The notes: a model not told the origin generated them from the letters alone. DNA of 64,000 nucleotides from Methanothrix sp. (GCA_040770465.1 JAXGJB010000002.1:1-64000); one strand, 5' to 3'. Shown: positions 39,727-54,123, counted from the first letter of the stretch. Numbers and translations are program-made.

Positions 39727-41533
39727 CGCAAGGGTATTCGTCAACGGGGAGTTTGTGGGGACCCATTCCGACCCCATAAAGCTCGCAAAAGATATGAGAC
39801 GGCTCCGGCGGGGCGGCAAGATAAGCAACCAGATCAACGTCTCATACTTCGCGAGGACGAACGAGATCCTGATCAACACCGACTCCGGCAGGGCCCGGCG
39901 CCCTCTCGTCGTGGTGGAGGATGGGGCGTCCCTCATCACTGAAGAGCACACTGAGAAGCTCCGGCAGGGCGAGATCGGCTTCAACGATCTCGTCGGCCAG
40001 GGGCTCGTCGAGTATCTCGACGCCGAGGAGGAGGAGAACGCTCTCGTGGCCATGTGGGATGGGGATATCACTCCCGAGCACACCCATCTGGAGGTGGACC
40101 CTTCCATGGTCCTGGGGATCTGCACCGGCCTCGTCCCCTACCCCGAGCACAACGCCAGCCCTCGAAATACCATGGGCGCCGGGATGATCAAGCAGTGTCT
40201 GGGGACTCCTCTGGCCAACACAAAGCTCCGGCCCGATACCCGGGGCCACTACCTCCACTACCCCCAGAGGGCTCTTTGCAGGAGCAGAACCGCCGACGCC
40301 ATCGGCTTTGACGAGAGGCCGGCGGGCCAGAACTTCGTCGTCGCGGTCCTCGTCTACGAGGGGTACAACATCGAGGACGCCCTCATCCTCAACAAGGCCT
40401 CCATCGAGCGGGGGCTGGGCCGGAGCCACTTCTTCCGGGTCTCGGAGGCTGAGGAGCGGAAGTATCCCGGAGGCCAGGAGGACAAGTTCGAGATACCGGA
40501 CATGGAGGTCCGGGGCGCTCGGGGGACTGAGGCTTACTCGCAGCTTGACGACGACGGCCTCGTCAACCCCAACGCCGTGGTGGCTCCTAACGACGTCCTG
40601 ATAGGGAAGACCTCGCCGCCACGGTTCCTTGAGGAGCCGACGGAGTTCGGGATCACGCCCCAGCAGAGGCGGGAGACCTCGGTGACCATGAGGTCCAACG
40701 AGAAGGGGGTGGTGGACACGGTGATCCTCACAGAGTCGTCCAACGGCAACCGGCTCGCCAAGGTCAAGACGAGAGACCAGCGGGTACCGGAGCTGGGGGA
40801 CAAGTTCGCGTCGCGACACGGCCAGAAAGGGGTCGTCGGCCTCATAGTCCCACCGGCGGACATGCCCTTCACCGAGTCAGGCCAGGTTCCCGACCTGATC
40901 GTCAACCCCCACGCCATCCCCTCGAGGATGACCGTCGGCCACGTCCTGGAGATGATCGGGGGCAAGATGGGATCTCTCGAAGGGAGGTTCGCCGACGCCA
41001 CCGCCTTCCTCGGCGAGGAGGAGATGGACATGAGGTCTGCCCTCACCAAGTTCGGGTTCTCCCACACCGGCCGAGAGGTGATGTACAGCGGCACCAACGG
41101 CGAACAGATCATGGCAGACATCTTCGTCGGGGTGATCCTCTACCAGAAGCTCTACCACATGGTAGCAGGCAAGATGCACGCTCGGTCGCGGGGTCCAGTC
41201 CAGGTCCTCACAAGGCAGCCGACTGAGGGTCGGGCGAGGGAGGGTGGTCTGCGGTTCGGCGAGATGGAGCGCGACGTATTGATCGCCCACGGCGCGGCTC
41301 TCGCCCTCAAGGAGCGGCTCGTCGACGAGTCTGACAAAGTGACGGAGCTCGTCTGCAGCCGCTGCGGCATGATCGCCATCCACGATAGAAGGAGGAACGT
41401 CGACTACTGCTCGGTCTGCGGCTCGGACACCGAGATATACCCCGTAGAGATGAGCTACGCCTTCAAACTCCTGCTGGACGAGATAAAATCCCTCGGCGTC
41501 GCCCCCCGGCTGGTTTTGGAGGACGCAGTTTAG
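39719..41533 (+). CDS. rpoB1: RNA polymerase subunit B' (Rpo2C)
   Basis: [38 protein letters not shown]. Confidence 0.97.
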   Translation: MSSARVFVNGEFVGTHSDPIKLAKDMRRLRRGGKISNQINVSYFARTNEILINTDSGRARRPLVVVEDGASLITEEHTEKLRQGEIGFNDLVGQGLVEYLDAEEEENALVAMWDGDITPEHTHLEVDPSMVLGICTGLVPYPEHNASPRNTMGAGMIKQCLGTPLANTKLRPDTRGHYLHYPQRALCRSRTADAIGFDERPAGQNFVVAVLVYEGYNIEDALILNKASIERGLGRSHFFRVSEAEERKYPGGQEDKFEIPDMEVRGARGTEAYSQLDDDGLVNPNAVVAPNDVLIGKTSPPRFLEEPTEFGITPQQRRETSVTMRSNEKGVVDTVILTESSNGNRLAKVKTRDQRVPELGDKFASRHGQKGVVGLIVPPADMPFTESGQVPDLIVNPHAIPSRMTVGHVLEMIGGKMGSLEGRFADATAFLGEEEMDMRSALTKFGFSHTGREVMYSGTNGEQIMADIFVGVILYQKLYHMVAGKMHARSRGPVQVLTRQPTEGRAREGGLRFGEMERDVLIAHGAALALKERLVDESDKVTELVCSRCGMIAIHDRRRNVDYCSVCGSDTEIYPVEMSYAFKLLLDEIKSLGVAPRLVLEDAV

Positions 41534-41541
41534 GTGTGAAC

Positions 41542-45305
<3,764 letters not shown>

Positions 45306-45314
45306 GGTAAAAGG

Positions 45315-45626
45315 ATGATAAACATTGATAGAGCGCTCAGAAGTTCGATCAGAACCGGTAATGTTGTTCTTGGCTCAAATCTGGCCCTGGAGGCCGGGGT
45401 CAGCGGGAAGGCTAAGCTCGTCATCAGCGCCACCGACTGTCCCGAAGATGTGGCAGTCGAGCTGAAGAAGACCGACGTTCCCATCTACAACTATTCGGGC
45501 AGAGGAAAAGATCTGGGCTCTGCCTGCGGAAAACCTTTCTCGATAGCGGCTCTGGCGGTGATAGAGCCCGGCGAATCTGAGATAATGGCGCTCCTGAGGG
45601 AGATCAGGGGTATCGAGGATGAGTGA
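45315..45626 (+). CDS. rpl30e: 50S ribosomal protein L30e
   Basis: TGNVVLG, LGSACGKPF, AVIEPGESEI; canonical position. Confidence 0.95.
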   Translation: MINIDRALRSSIRTGNVVLGSNLALEAGVSGKAKLVISATDCPEDVAVELKKTDVPIYNYSGRGKDLGSACGKPFSIAALAVIEPGESEIMALLREIRGIEDE

Positions 45627-46050
45627 GTTCAAGCTGACCACAGAAGGGATAAGGTACATCGCCCTCTTCGAAAGCTTGACCGGCGGCGTCGCCAGAGACT
45701 GCATCATCGACGACGATAATGACCGGATAATATTCGTCATCAAGAAGGGTGACATGGGTGCTGCCATCGGGAGGAAGGGCAGCAACATCAACAGGGTTAA
45801 GAAGTCGATAGGAAAGCAGATCGAGATCGTGGAGCACAGCGACGACGTCAAGGAGTTCCTGGAGAACGTCTTCCAGCCGGCCTCGATCAAGAATGTGACG
45901 ATCGTTTCGAAAAACAATAAGCGATTGGCTTATGTAGAAGTAGCAAATAGGGACAAGGGCATCGCCATAGGACGGGATGGGCGCAACATATTAAAAGCCA
46001 AGATGCTCTCTTCGAGGCATCACGGCGTTGACGACATCATCATCCAGTAA
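45619..46050 (+). CDS. nusA: Archaeal NusA (KH domains)
   Basis: MGAAIGRKGSNI, KGIAIGRDGRNI. Confidence 0.95.
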   Translation: MSEFKLTTEGIRYIALFESLTGGVARDCIIDDDNDRIIFVIKKGDMGAAIGRKGSNINRVKKSIGKQIEIVEHSDDVKEFLENVFQPASIKNVTIVSKNNKRLAYVEVANRDKGIAIGRDGRNILKAKMLSSRHHGVDDIIIQ

Positions 46051-46137
46051 AAATTTACCAACGCCCGGGCTCCAGCTGGCTTTGAGGTCGGGGGGCCGAC
46101 CGTTGGCGATGGATATAGCATTCAACTAGGTGAAATA

Positions 46138-46566
46138 ATGGGAAAGGGAATGTACGCGGCCAGGAAACTTGAGAGCGACCGCAAGAGCTTCCGGTGGAGC
46201 GATCTGAACTACAGCCGGAGGGCACTGAAGCTGAACGTCAAGGCAGACCCCCTGGGCGGCGCGCCGAGGGCTAGAGGCATAGTCCTGGAGAAGGTCGGCG
46301 TCGAGGCGAAACAGCCGAACTCCGCCATCAGAAAGTGCGTCAGAGTACAGCTGATCAAGAACGGTAGACAGGTCACCGCCTTCTGTCCGGGGGACGGTGC
46401 CATAGGGTTCATCGACGAGCACGACGAGGTCGTTGTGGAGAAGATAGGCGGCAGGATGGGCGGAGCCAAAGGAGATATCCCCGGCGTCCGGTTCCAGGTC
46501 ATCGCCGTAAACAATGTGGCCCTGAACGAGATGGTCTCAGGACGGAAGGAGAAGCCGGTGAGGTGA
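46138..46566 (+). CDS. rps12: 30S ribosomal protein S12
   Basis: [25 protein letters not shown]. Confidence 0.98.
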   Translation: MGKGMYAARKLESDRKSFRWSDLNYSRRALKLNVKADPLGGAPRARGIVLEKVGVEAKQPNSAIRKCVRVQLIKNGRQVTAFCPGDGAIGFIDEHDEVVVEKIGGRMGGAKGDIPGVRFQVIAVNNVALNEMVSGRKEKPVR

Positions 46567-46570
46567 TACG

Positions 46571-47134
46571 ATGAATGCTAAAATCTTCAACAAGTGGGAC
46601 CCTGAGGAGATCGAGGTGGACGATCTCAGCATAAAGCGCTATTTTAACCTCCGTCCCATGGTCGTGATGCATTCTGGCGGCAGGCACGCAAGACAGCAGT
46701 TCAAAAAGTCCGAGCAGCATATAGTCGAGCGGCTGATAAACAAGATGATGCAGAAAGAGACCAACACCGGCAAGAAGATGAAGACCTACAAGATCGTGGA
46801 GGAGGCCTTCGACATAATCCATCAGAGGACCAAGGAGAACCCCCTCACGGTCTTTGCGAAGGCGGTCTCCAACGCCGGTCCTCGCGAAGAGGTCGTCCGT
46901 CTCAAGTACGGCGGCATAACCGTTCCCAAGGCCGTAGACACCGCCCCTCAGAGAAGGGTTGACGTGGCCTTGATGTTCATCACCACCGGTGCCCAGAGGT
47001 CGGCCTTCAAGTCCAAGCGGTCGGCGGCCAGCTGTCTCGCGGACGAGATCATCGCCGCATCCAAGGGCGACGTCCGAAGCTTCGCCATGAACAGAAAGGA
47101 CAGCGTCGAGCGGGTCGCGAAGGCGGCACGGTAA
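46571..47134 (+). CDS. rps7: 30S ribosomal protein S7
   Basis: [31 protein letters not shown]. Confidence 0.97.
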   Translation: MNAKIFNKWDPEEIEVDDLSIKRYFNLRPMVVMHSGGRHARQQFKKSEQHIVERLINKMMQKETNTGKKMKTYKIVEEAFDIIHQRTKENPLTVFAKAVSNAGPREEVVRLKYGGITVPKAVDTAPQRRVDVALMFITTGAQRSAFKSKRSAASCLADEIIAASKGDVRSFAMNRKDSVERVAKAAR

Positions 47135-47227
47135 AGCACGATAAAGATCGACCGGGGATGAGGCGTTTCGCCATCAGGCGCTGACGCTTTAGCCCCAAAA
47201 CCTCTATTTTATTTGGGCCCATCTATT

Positions 47228-48346
47228 TTATTTGAACCGTTTGACGAAGGACTTGTCGATCCAGCTCTTGAAGGTGTAGATGATCCTCTTGGGGATGGGG
47301 ACGCAGAGGTCGCCGTAGATCCCGACGGCGCAGCCGCATCCCGTAGTGATCAGGGCAACGGGGCTATCGGTGGACGCCCTGATCGAGTACGGTTTCAGAT
47401 CCTCCCCCTTAGCGACCCTCGCCAGGTTCCTTGCGGTGTGCTTCGCCTGGATCTCCGCCTCCATCCCGGTCTTGGTGGCGAGCTTCCCGTCGATCTCTAT
47501 CCAGGCGCAGTCTCCGATGGCGAAGACGTTCTCGCAGCCCAGAACTCTGAGGTACTGGTCGCATAAGAGCCAGCCGCTTCTCTTCGGGAGGTCCATGCTC
47601 TCGATGATGGGGGCGGGCCTGATCCCCGCCGTCCAGATCGTCATCTCGCAGTCCAGGGCGGTGCCATCGGCGAAGGTGACGCCGTCGTCTCGGATCGATT
47701 CGACCCGTCTGTTCGTCAGGACCTCGACGCCCTTTCCCTTCAGGATCTCGTCCATCAGGATCGAGGCGTTCTTTGAGAGGGTTGGGAGGAGACGGTCCAT
47801 CATCTCGACGACGTATATCGTGCAGTCCGCGTTCTCCGCCAAAAAGCAGGCAGTCTCGATGCCGGTTGGGCCCGACCCGATGATAGCGATCTTCTTCGGG
47901 CGTTTCTTCTCGACGAACCGCCTCGCTTTGACCGTATCCTCCAGGGTGTTGATGGAGAAGGCCTTCTCTGCCCCCTCGACCCCGAAGTAGTTCTGGACCG
48001 CGCCGGGGGCGAGGACGAGGATGTCGTAATCGAGATCGTTCTCTTCGCAGACAACCCTTCTGTCGGCGAAGTCGATCCTGAGGGCCCGGTCCCTGACGTG
48101 GACAGCGTTCATCTTCATGCAAAAGGGTTCCAGGGGGGCGGTCATGTCCTTAATCTCGATTTTTCCTCCGAGGTAGTCGGGGTAGAGGGCCTGACACTCG
48201 ATCCTCTCCTTCGGCTCGACGAGGACCAGGTCCGTCCCCCACTTGGTGGCGGCATTTCTCACCAGCTCTGCGCCGCCTACGCCTCCGCCGATCACCACCA
48301 CTCGCAAGAGGTCGCTCTTCCGCAAATCCATCTGCCGCATCTCCAC
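47228..48346 (-). CDS. FAD-dependent pyridine nucleotide-disulfide oxidoreductase (NDH-2/SQR-like)
   Basis: VVIGGGVGG, YDILVLAPG, IIGSGPTGIE, WTAG, VFAIGDCA. Confidence 0.88.
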   Translation of the reverse strand: MEMRQMDLRKSDLLRVVVIGGGVGGAELVRNAATKWGTDLVLVEPKERIECQALYPDYLGGKIEIKDMTAPLEPFCMKMNAVHVRDRALRIDFADRRVVCEENDLDYDILVLAPGAVQNYFGVEGAEKAFSINTLEDTVKARRFVEKKRPKKIAIIGSGPTGIETACFLAENADCTIYVVEMMDRLLPTLSKNASILMDEILKGKGVEVLTNRRVESIRDDGVTFADGTALDCEMTIWTAGIRPAPIIESMDLPKRSGWLLCDQYLRVLGCENVFAIGDCAWIEIDGKLATKTGMEAEIQAKHTARNLARVAKGEDLKPYSIRASTDSPVALITTGCGCAVGIYGDLCVPIPKRIIYTFKSWIDKSFVKRFK

Positions 48347-48599
48347 CTCAAACCCGACTTTATCCTGCAGTCATCGGTCATAAGGTCTTCGATGAGCTGG
48401 TTGCGATCAAGGGACGATCCCTTTGCCGTCACCGTATCTTGCAGGGCTGGCGGCACAGCCCGCCCGAACACGAATCTATCTACGCATATTTTTCTTTTGT
48501 CATCTTTACTCTTTGACGCAACTCATAACATTATTCGAATCTATAACAGATAACTATTTAAGATAGCACCTCCAATTGGACCAAAGGAGGTGAGATTCC

Positions 48600-48692
48600 A
48601 TGAGCCTGAGAGTCAAGATCGCCTTGCTCAATGCATTGCTATATCTTATTATGGCTTCTCCTGCCCTTGCCATCGTTGTAGTTAAGAGATGA
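48600..48692 (+). CDS. 30-aa small protein MSLRVKIALLNALLYLIMASPALAIVVVKR (signal-peptide-like)
   Basis: GGAGGTGA RBS at 48586-48593, TATTTAAG box near 48555; below the ORF-track size cutoff. Confidence 0.65.
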   Translation: MSLRVKIALLNALLYLIMASPALAIVVVKR

Positions 48693-48827
48693 GATGTACT
48701 GTGGGTTGCTCGCTAAACCACCAATTTCTCTATTTTATTCTAAAACTTTGTATCAACCACACAGACAAAAACTTGTATTTTATGGGGCAATGTCTGTTGT
48801 AAAAAAAATCCCCCCCACCCTTTCAAC

Positions 48828-49247
48828 TCATAATCTTCTGCGGATGATCGAGAAGGAAGCCGAGGTCTGAGAGAGGACCGGCCCGTCGGCCGAGTCCGCC
48901 GTCACCCTCCCTTCGGCGAAGGCGACCTGCCGTCCCACCTTTGCGACCCTCCCGCGGGCGACGACCTTTCCATCCCGGGCACCCTGGAAGAAGGTGGTGG
49001 TCTCCGATATCGTCGCGATCCTGTCCTCATCGTCGAGGGCGGTGAAGAGGGCGAGGGCCATCGCCTCGTCGGCGAGGGCGGTGTAGATCCCCCCTTGCAT
49101 CCACCCCGCGCCGTTTTGCATATCGGGCCTCACCACCATCTGAAGCTCAGCCTCTCCGTCGCCGAAACCGACGACCTCGATCTCCATCAGTTTGAAGAAG
49201 GGGTTCGCCTCCCTACCCCTCTTTCGAATCTCTCCGAGGTAGCTCAT
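48828..49247 (-). CDS. PaaI family thioesterase (hotdog fold)
   Basis: NPFFKLM, NGAGWMQGG..TALADEAM, ATIS, KVGRQVAFAEG. Confidence 0.88.
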   Translation of the reverse strand: MSYLGEIRKRGREANPFFKLMEIEVVGFGDGEAELQMVVRPDMQNGAGWMQGGIYTALADEAMALALFTALDDEDRIATISETTTFFQGARDGKVVARGRVAKVGRQVAFAEGRVTADSADGPVLSQTSASFSIIRRRL

Positions 49248-49390
49248 CTTATCGTCTCCACCATCAAGACCGGTATGTAAAAGCCTTTTGGGGGGCGTCC
49301 GTTCGAGAACGTCTCCGAGACGAAAAGGGCCCATTCGATACCGTCTTCGATACCAAAAAGTGATATCCGTTCGGGTTGAAGGATCTCGTC

Positions 49391-50482
49391 ATGGCAGGGA
49401 ACACCTTTGGCACCATCTTCAGGATCACCACCTGGGGCGAGAGCCACGGCCGGGGGGTCGGGGTCGTCGTCGACGGCTGCCCTGCGGGGCTCGCCCTCTC
49501 TGAGGAAGTCGTCCAGGGAGAGCTGGACCGGAGGAGGCCGGGGCAGAGTTCGATCTCGACCCAGCGAAAGGAGGAGGATAGAGTCGAGATCCTCAGCGGC
49601 ACCTTCGAAGGGGTGACGACGGGAACTCCGATCTCGATGCTCGTCTGGAACAGGGACGCGAGATCGAGCGCCTACGACTCCTTCCGAGACCGGCCTCGTC
49701 CTGGCCACGCCGACCTGACCTACCTCTCCCGGTACGGGGTCCGGGACCACCGGGGCGGTGGAAGGGCTTCGGCGAGGGAGACCGTCGGGCGGGTTGCCGC
49801 TGGAGCCGTCGCCAAGAAGCTTCTGGCCGAGAGCGGGATTTTGGTCGTCGGCTACGTCCTTGAGCTCGGCGGCGTCCGGGCGGATCTTCCCGAGGACCTC
49901 GATTTATCAGCCCTGAGGGAGGCGGCCGAGAAGAACCCCGTCCGCTGCCCCGACCAGTCCGCTGCAGCGAAGATGGTCAGGGCCGCCGAGGCGGCCCGTG
50001 AGGCTGGAGACAGCCTCGGCGGGGTCGCCGAGATCGTGGCCGTGGGCGTCCCCGCGGGGCTGGGGGAGCCGGTCTTCGATAAGCTCGACGCGGACCTTGC
50101 CCGCGCCCTCATGGGGATCGGGGCGGTCAAGGCCGTCGAGATCGGGGCGGGGGTCGAGGCGGCCCGGATGCGCGGAAGCGAGATGAACGACCCCATCCTC
50201 CCGGGGCCGGAGGGTCCGAGGTTTGAGACCAACAACGCCGGCGGAATTCTCGGCGGGATATCGACGGGAGCGCCGATAATCTGCAGGATCTCGGTGAAGC
50301 CCACCCCCTCCATCTCGCGCCTCCAGAGGACGGTTGAGATCTCGACGGGCGAGGCCGCCGAGATCGAGATCACGGGGAGGCACGACCCCGTGATACCCCC
50401 ACGGATCGTCCCCGTGGCGGAGGCGATGGTGGCCCTCGTCCTCGCAGACCACCTTCTGAGGCTCCGGTCCGCCAGGATCTGA
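49391..50482 (+). CDS. aroC: Chorismate synthase
   Basis: [42 protein letters not shown]. Confidence 0.97.
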   Translation: MAGNTFGTIFRITTWGESHGRGVGVVVDGCPAGLALSEEVVQGELDRRRPGQSSISTQRKEEDRVEILSGTFEGVTTGTPISMLVWNRDARSSAYDSFRDRPRPGHADLTYLSRYGVRDHRGGGRASARETVGRVAAGAVAKKLLAESGILVVGYVLELGGVRADLPEDLDLSALREAAEKNPVRCPDQSAAAKMVRAAEAAREAGDSLGGVAEIVAVGVPAGLGEPVFDKLDADLARALMGIGAVKAVEIGAGVEAARMRGSEMNDPILPGPEGPRFETNNAGGILGGISTGAPIICRISVKPTPSISRLQRTVEISTGEAAEIEITGRHDPVIPPRIVPVAEAMVALVLADHLLRLRSARI

Positions 50483-50520
50483 AATCCCTGCCAAATTTTA
50501 TATCGCCCGCCCAAAGATCG

Positions 50521-52305
50521 ATGGTCATGCAGAAGGAGTTTCACACCCTCCTCCCCCTCGACGAGGCGATAGAGATCGTCCTCGCCGCCGCGCCGAAGGC
50601 GGGGGTGGAGACTGTACCCCTGGAGAGGGCAGCGGGGCGGATCCTGGCCGAGCGGGTAGTCTCCAAAATCGACGTTCCCGGCTTCGACCGGGCGGCGATG
50701 GACGGCTACGCCCTGCGGTCCGCCGAGACCCTGGACGCGAGGGAGGACCGGGCCGTCGCCTTCGTCCTCGTCGGCCGGGTGCCCATGGGGAGGAGGCCCG
50801 AGGTCGTCGTGGGCGAGGGCGAGGCGGTCGAGGTCTCCACCGGCTCGATGATGCCCGAGGGGGCGGACGCCGTCGTCATGGTCGAGCACGCCGAGGTCGC
50901 GGGCTCGACCCTCTTCATCAGGCGGGCGGTCCACGTAGGCGAGAACGCTCACCGGGCCGGGGGGGACGTCGCCTTCGGCGAGACCGTCCTTCTTCCCGGA
51001 AGAAAGCTCTCGGCCCGGGAGGTCGGCCTTCTGGCGGCGGTTGGCAGAAGGGATGTGTCGGTCCGGTCCCTCCGGGTCGCCGTCGCCTCCACCGGAAACG
51101 AGCTAATCTCTCCTGGCGAGAGTCTCGCGCCGGGGCAGATCTACGACATAAACTCTTATTCGATAGCTACGGCCGTCGAGGAGTGCGGCGGGACTCCTCA
51201 GATTCGCGGGATCCTACCCGACGACCCCGACTCCATGGCCGAGGGGCTGTTGGCGATGGCCGAAGAGTCCGATCTCGTCCTCGTCAGCGGGTCCACCTCG
51301 GCGGGGATCGGGGACATGGTCTACCGGGTCGTCGAGGATCTCGGCGAGATCGTATTTCACGGGATCAACCTCAAGCCCGGAAAGCCCACCCTCTTCGGAA
51401 CCGTCGGGAAAAAACCCTTCATCGGCCTTCCTGGATACCCGACCAGCGCCCTGACGGTCTTCGGCCTTCTGGCGGCACCATTCATCAGGAGGGCGGTGGG
51501 GACCGAGCACCTGGCGCCCCGGGCCAGGGGGCGGCTCGCAAAGCCGGTCCGGTCCGAGGGCAGAAGGCAGATGCTGACGGTTGGGGTCGTCGGGGGCTGG
51601 GTGTACCCTGTGGACAAGGGGAGCGGCTCCATCACCACCCTCGCCCTGGCCGACGGCTTCATCGACATCCCCGATCGGGTCGAGCACCTGGACCGGGGCG
51701 AGGAGGTACAGGTCCAGCTCTTCGGGAACGCTCCGGAGGCTGCCCTTCTCGTCGAGGGGGAGGACTGCCCCCGGCTCGAATCCATCGCCTCTGCCCTGTC
51801 CTTCGATATGCGGGTCGTCTCCACCGGTAGCAGGCGCGGCGCCATCTCGGCGGAGGACGGCGTCGCGGATATAGCAGTCGTCTCGCGGTCTATTGGGCAG
51901 GAGCCCGTCTGGGACGAGATGGCGCTCGAACCCGTCGGCGGCTATCGCAGGGAGCTGGTGATGATGGCAAGAGACCCGGAAATTCTCGACCTCGCTGGGG
52001 CCGAGGATCGGAAGGTAGTCGGCTGGTCGAGGGATTCGGAGATGAGCCGGATCTTGAGACGGGTCCTGGAGGAGTCGGGCTCAGAAAAGGCGAAGCTCGT
52101 CGGCGCGGCCCGGACCCACGCCGCCGTCGCGGCCGCTGTCAAGGCAGGTCGCGCAGACCTGGGCTTCGGCGTCCGGGAGGTGGCCGAGGAGGCGGGGCTG
52201 GCTCTGAGGAAGGTGGCAGAGGATGAGATACTGTTTCTCGTCCGTCCCGATAAGAGGGATCGGGGAGCGGTTCGGGCATTTCTGGAGGCTTTAAAGTGGG
52301 AGTAG
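50521..52305 (+). CDS. moeA: MoeA molybdopterin molybdenumtransferase fused to a C-terminal PBP-like domain
   Basis: PGFDRAAMDGYA, STGNEL, SGSTSAG, KPGKP, GLPGYPTSA; C-terminal THAAVAAAVKAGRADLGFG. Confidence 0.9.
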   Translation: MVMQKEFHTLLPLDEAIEIVLAAAPKAGVETVPLERAAGRILAERVVSKIDVPGFDRAAMDGYALRSAETLDAREDRAVAFVLVGRVPMGRRPEVVVGEGEAVEVSTGSMMPEGADAVVMVEHAEVAGSTLFIRRAVHVGENAHRAGGDVAFGETVLLPGRKLSAREVGLLAAVGRRDVSVRSLRVAVASTGNELISPGESLAPGQIYDINSYSIATAVEECGGTPQIRGILPDDPDSMAEGLLAMAEESDLVLVSGSTSAGIGDMVYRVVEDLGEIVFHGINLKPGKPTLFGTVGKKPFIGLPGYPTSALTVFGLLAAPFIRRAVGTEHLAPRARGRLAKPVRSEGRRQMLTVGVVGGWVYPVDKGSGSITTLALADGFIDIPDRVEHLDRGEEVQVQLFGNAPEAALLVEGEDCPRLESIASALSFDMRVVSTGSRRGAISAEDGVADIAVVSRSIGQEPVWDEMALEPVGGYRRELVMMARDPEILDLAGAEDRKVVGWSRDSEMSRILRRVLEESGSEKAKLVGAARTHAAVAAAVKAGRADLGFGVREVAEEAGLALRKVAEDEILFLVRPDKRDRGAVRAFLEALKWE

Positions 52306-52479
52306 TATCGTTTGGGGCGTATGTAGGTGGTAGAACTCTCATCTAAAAATGGGCGGAGGGGATTGATATTATCAGTTGGTTTCTCTTTCTCCCTTCTGAT
52401 ACAATCATTTTGGTTAACCGATCTTAATGGGCGCCAGCATCGAAACATTTTTCGTTTGGTTCCAACAACATCGTTTAGC

Positions 52480-54123
52480 ATGAGAGCAACTCATAAAAGA
52501 CACCTTTTGGCGCTGTTGATACTGACGATGCTGGCGATGCCCGTCTGTGGGCAGCAAACTGCAGAGGAGTGGTTAGAGAAAGGAAATGCTTACTATGAAC
52601 AGGGCAAGTACGACGAAGCCATCCAAGCTTACGACGAAGCTATTAGCATCGATCCTGAATATGCTGATGCCTGGTATAATAAAGGTCTTGCACTCTATGT
52701 CAAGGCCGAGTACAACGAAGCCGTCCAAGCTTACGACGAAGCTATCAGGCTTGATCCTGATGATGCCTATGTCTGGTATAACAAAGACGTTGCTCCGCAG
52801 CAAACTGCAGAGGAATGGTTAGAAGAAGGTAATGCTTTCTATCAACAGGGCGAGTACGACGAGGCCATCCAGGCTTACGACGAAGCTATCACGCTTGATC
52901 CTGAGGATGCCAGTGCCTGGTATAACAAAGGCGTTGCTCTCGATGACCTTGGCAGATACGACGAGGCCGTCCAAGCTTACGACGAGGCTATCAAGCTTGA
53001 TCCTGATGATGCCAGTACTTGGTATAACAAAGGCCTTGCTCTAGATGCTCAGGGCAAGTACGACGAGGCCATCCAAGCTTACGATGAAGCCATCAGGCTT
53101 GATCCTGAGGATGCAGATACATGGAATAACAAAGGCAATTCACTTTCTGATCAGGGCAAGTACGATGAAGCAATCATAGCTTACAACGAAGCCATCGGGC
53201 TTGATTCCGAGTATGCCGGTGCCTGTTATAATAAAGGTAATGCTTTCTATGCCCAGGGCAAGTACGACGAGGCGATCCAAGCTTACGACGAAGCTATCAA
53301 GCTTGATCCCGAGTTTGCCGAAGCATGGAATAACAAAGGCGTTGCTCTCGATGACCTCGGGCAGTATGGCGAAGCGATGCTGGCTTACGACGAAGCCCTC
53401 AGGCTCGATCCTGATGATGCAGATGCCTGGAATAACAAGGGCCTTGCTCTCTATAATCAGAGCAAGTACGATGAGGCAGTCCTGGCTTACGACGAAGCCC
53501 TCAGGCTCGATCCAGAAAATGCAGATTTTTGGTTGATGAAAAGTATCGTCCTCCTGCTTGCTGGCAATTACAGCGAATCTGCCGACGCCTTCAACGAAAC
53601 GATCAATCTGGGTCTGGAAGATGCCGATGTTTGGGGTCTTAAAGGTGCAGCACTCCTATTTGCGGGCAATTACAGTGCAGGTATAGAGGCTTTAGATGCT
53701 GCAATCGAGCTAGATCCAGAAGACAGCGTCCCTTGGAAAGATAAAGGTGACGCGTTCTATGCCATGGGCGATTATGATCATGCCCTTGAATCCTACAACA
53801 GATCAATCGAATTGAACCAGTCGGATGCGCAAGCGTGGCACAGTAAGTTTTTCGCTCTCCAGGCCCTTGGGCGCAATTCAGAGTCTATAGAAGCCCTCAA
53901 CAACTCCAAAGAGCTTGGATTAACAGATGCGGAAGCTTTGAATGACGAGGGGTGGGTGTTGTATTTATCAGGAAATTACAGCGAGTCTCTGGACGCTTAC
54001 GAACGGGCCCTGGAACTGGATCCAGAATTATCCGATACATGGTTCAACAAAGGAGTCACCCTAAGAGCTCTCGGGCGGGATGAAGAAGCAGATGATGCCT
54101 TCGCTATTGGTTTGAAATCTTGA
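52480..54123 (+). CDS. Secreted tetratricopeptide-repeat protein (about 14 TPRs)
   Basis: Signal peptide LLALLILTMLAMPVCG, then 34-aa AWYNKG...YDEAIQAYDEAIRLDP repeats. Confidence 0.92.
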   Translation: MRATHKRHLLALLILTMLAMPVCGQQTAEEWLEKGNAYYEQGKYDEAIQAYDEAISIDPEYADAWYNKGLALYVKAEYNEAVQAYDEAIRLDPDDAYVWYNKDVAPQQTAEEWLEEGNAFYQQGEYDEAIQAYDEAITLDPEDASAWYNKGVALDDLGRYDEAVQAYDEAIKLDPDDASTWYNKGLALDAQGKYDEAIQAYDEAIRLDPEDADTWNNKGNSLSDQGKYDEAIIAYNEAIGLDSEYAGACYNKGNAFYAQGKYDEAIQAYDEAIKLDPEFAEAWNNKGVALDDLGQYGEAMLAYDEALRLDPDDADAWNNKGLALYNQSKYDEAVLAYDEALRLDPENADFWLMKSIVLLLAGNYSESADAFNETINLGLEDADVWGLKGAALLFAGNYSAGIEALDAAIELDPEDSVPWKDKGDAFYAMGDYDHALESYNRSIELNQSDAQAWHSKFFALQALGRNSESIEALNNSKELGLTDAEALNDEGWVLYLSGNYSESLDAYERALELDPELSDTWFNKGVTLRALGRDEEADDAFAIGLKS

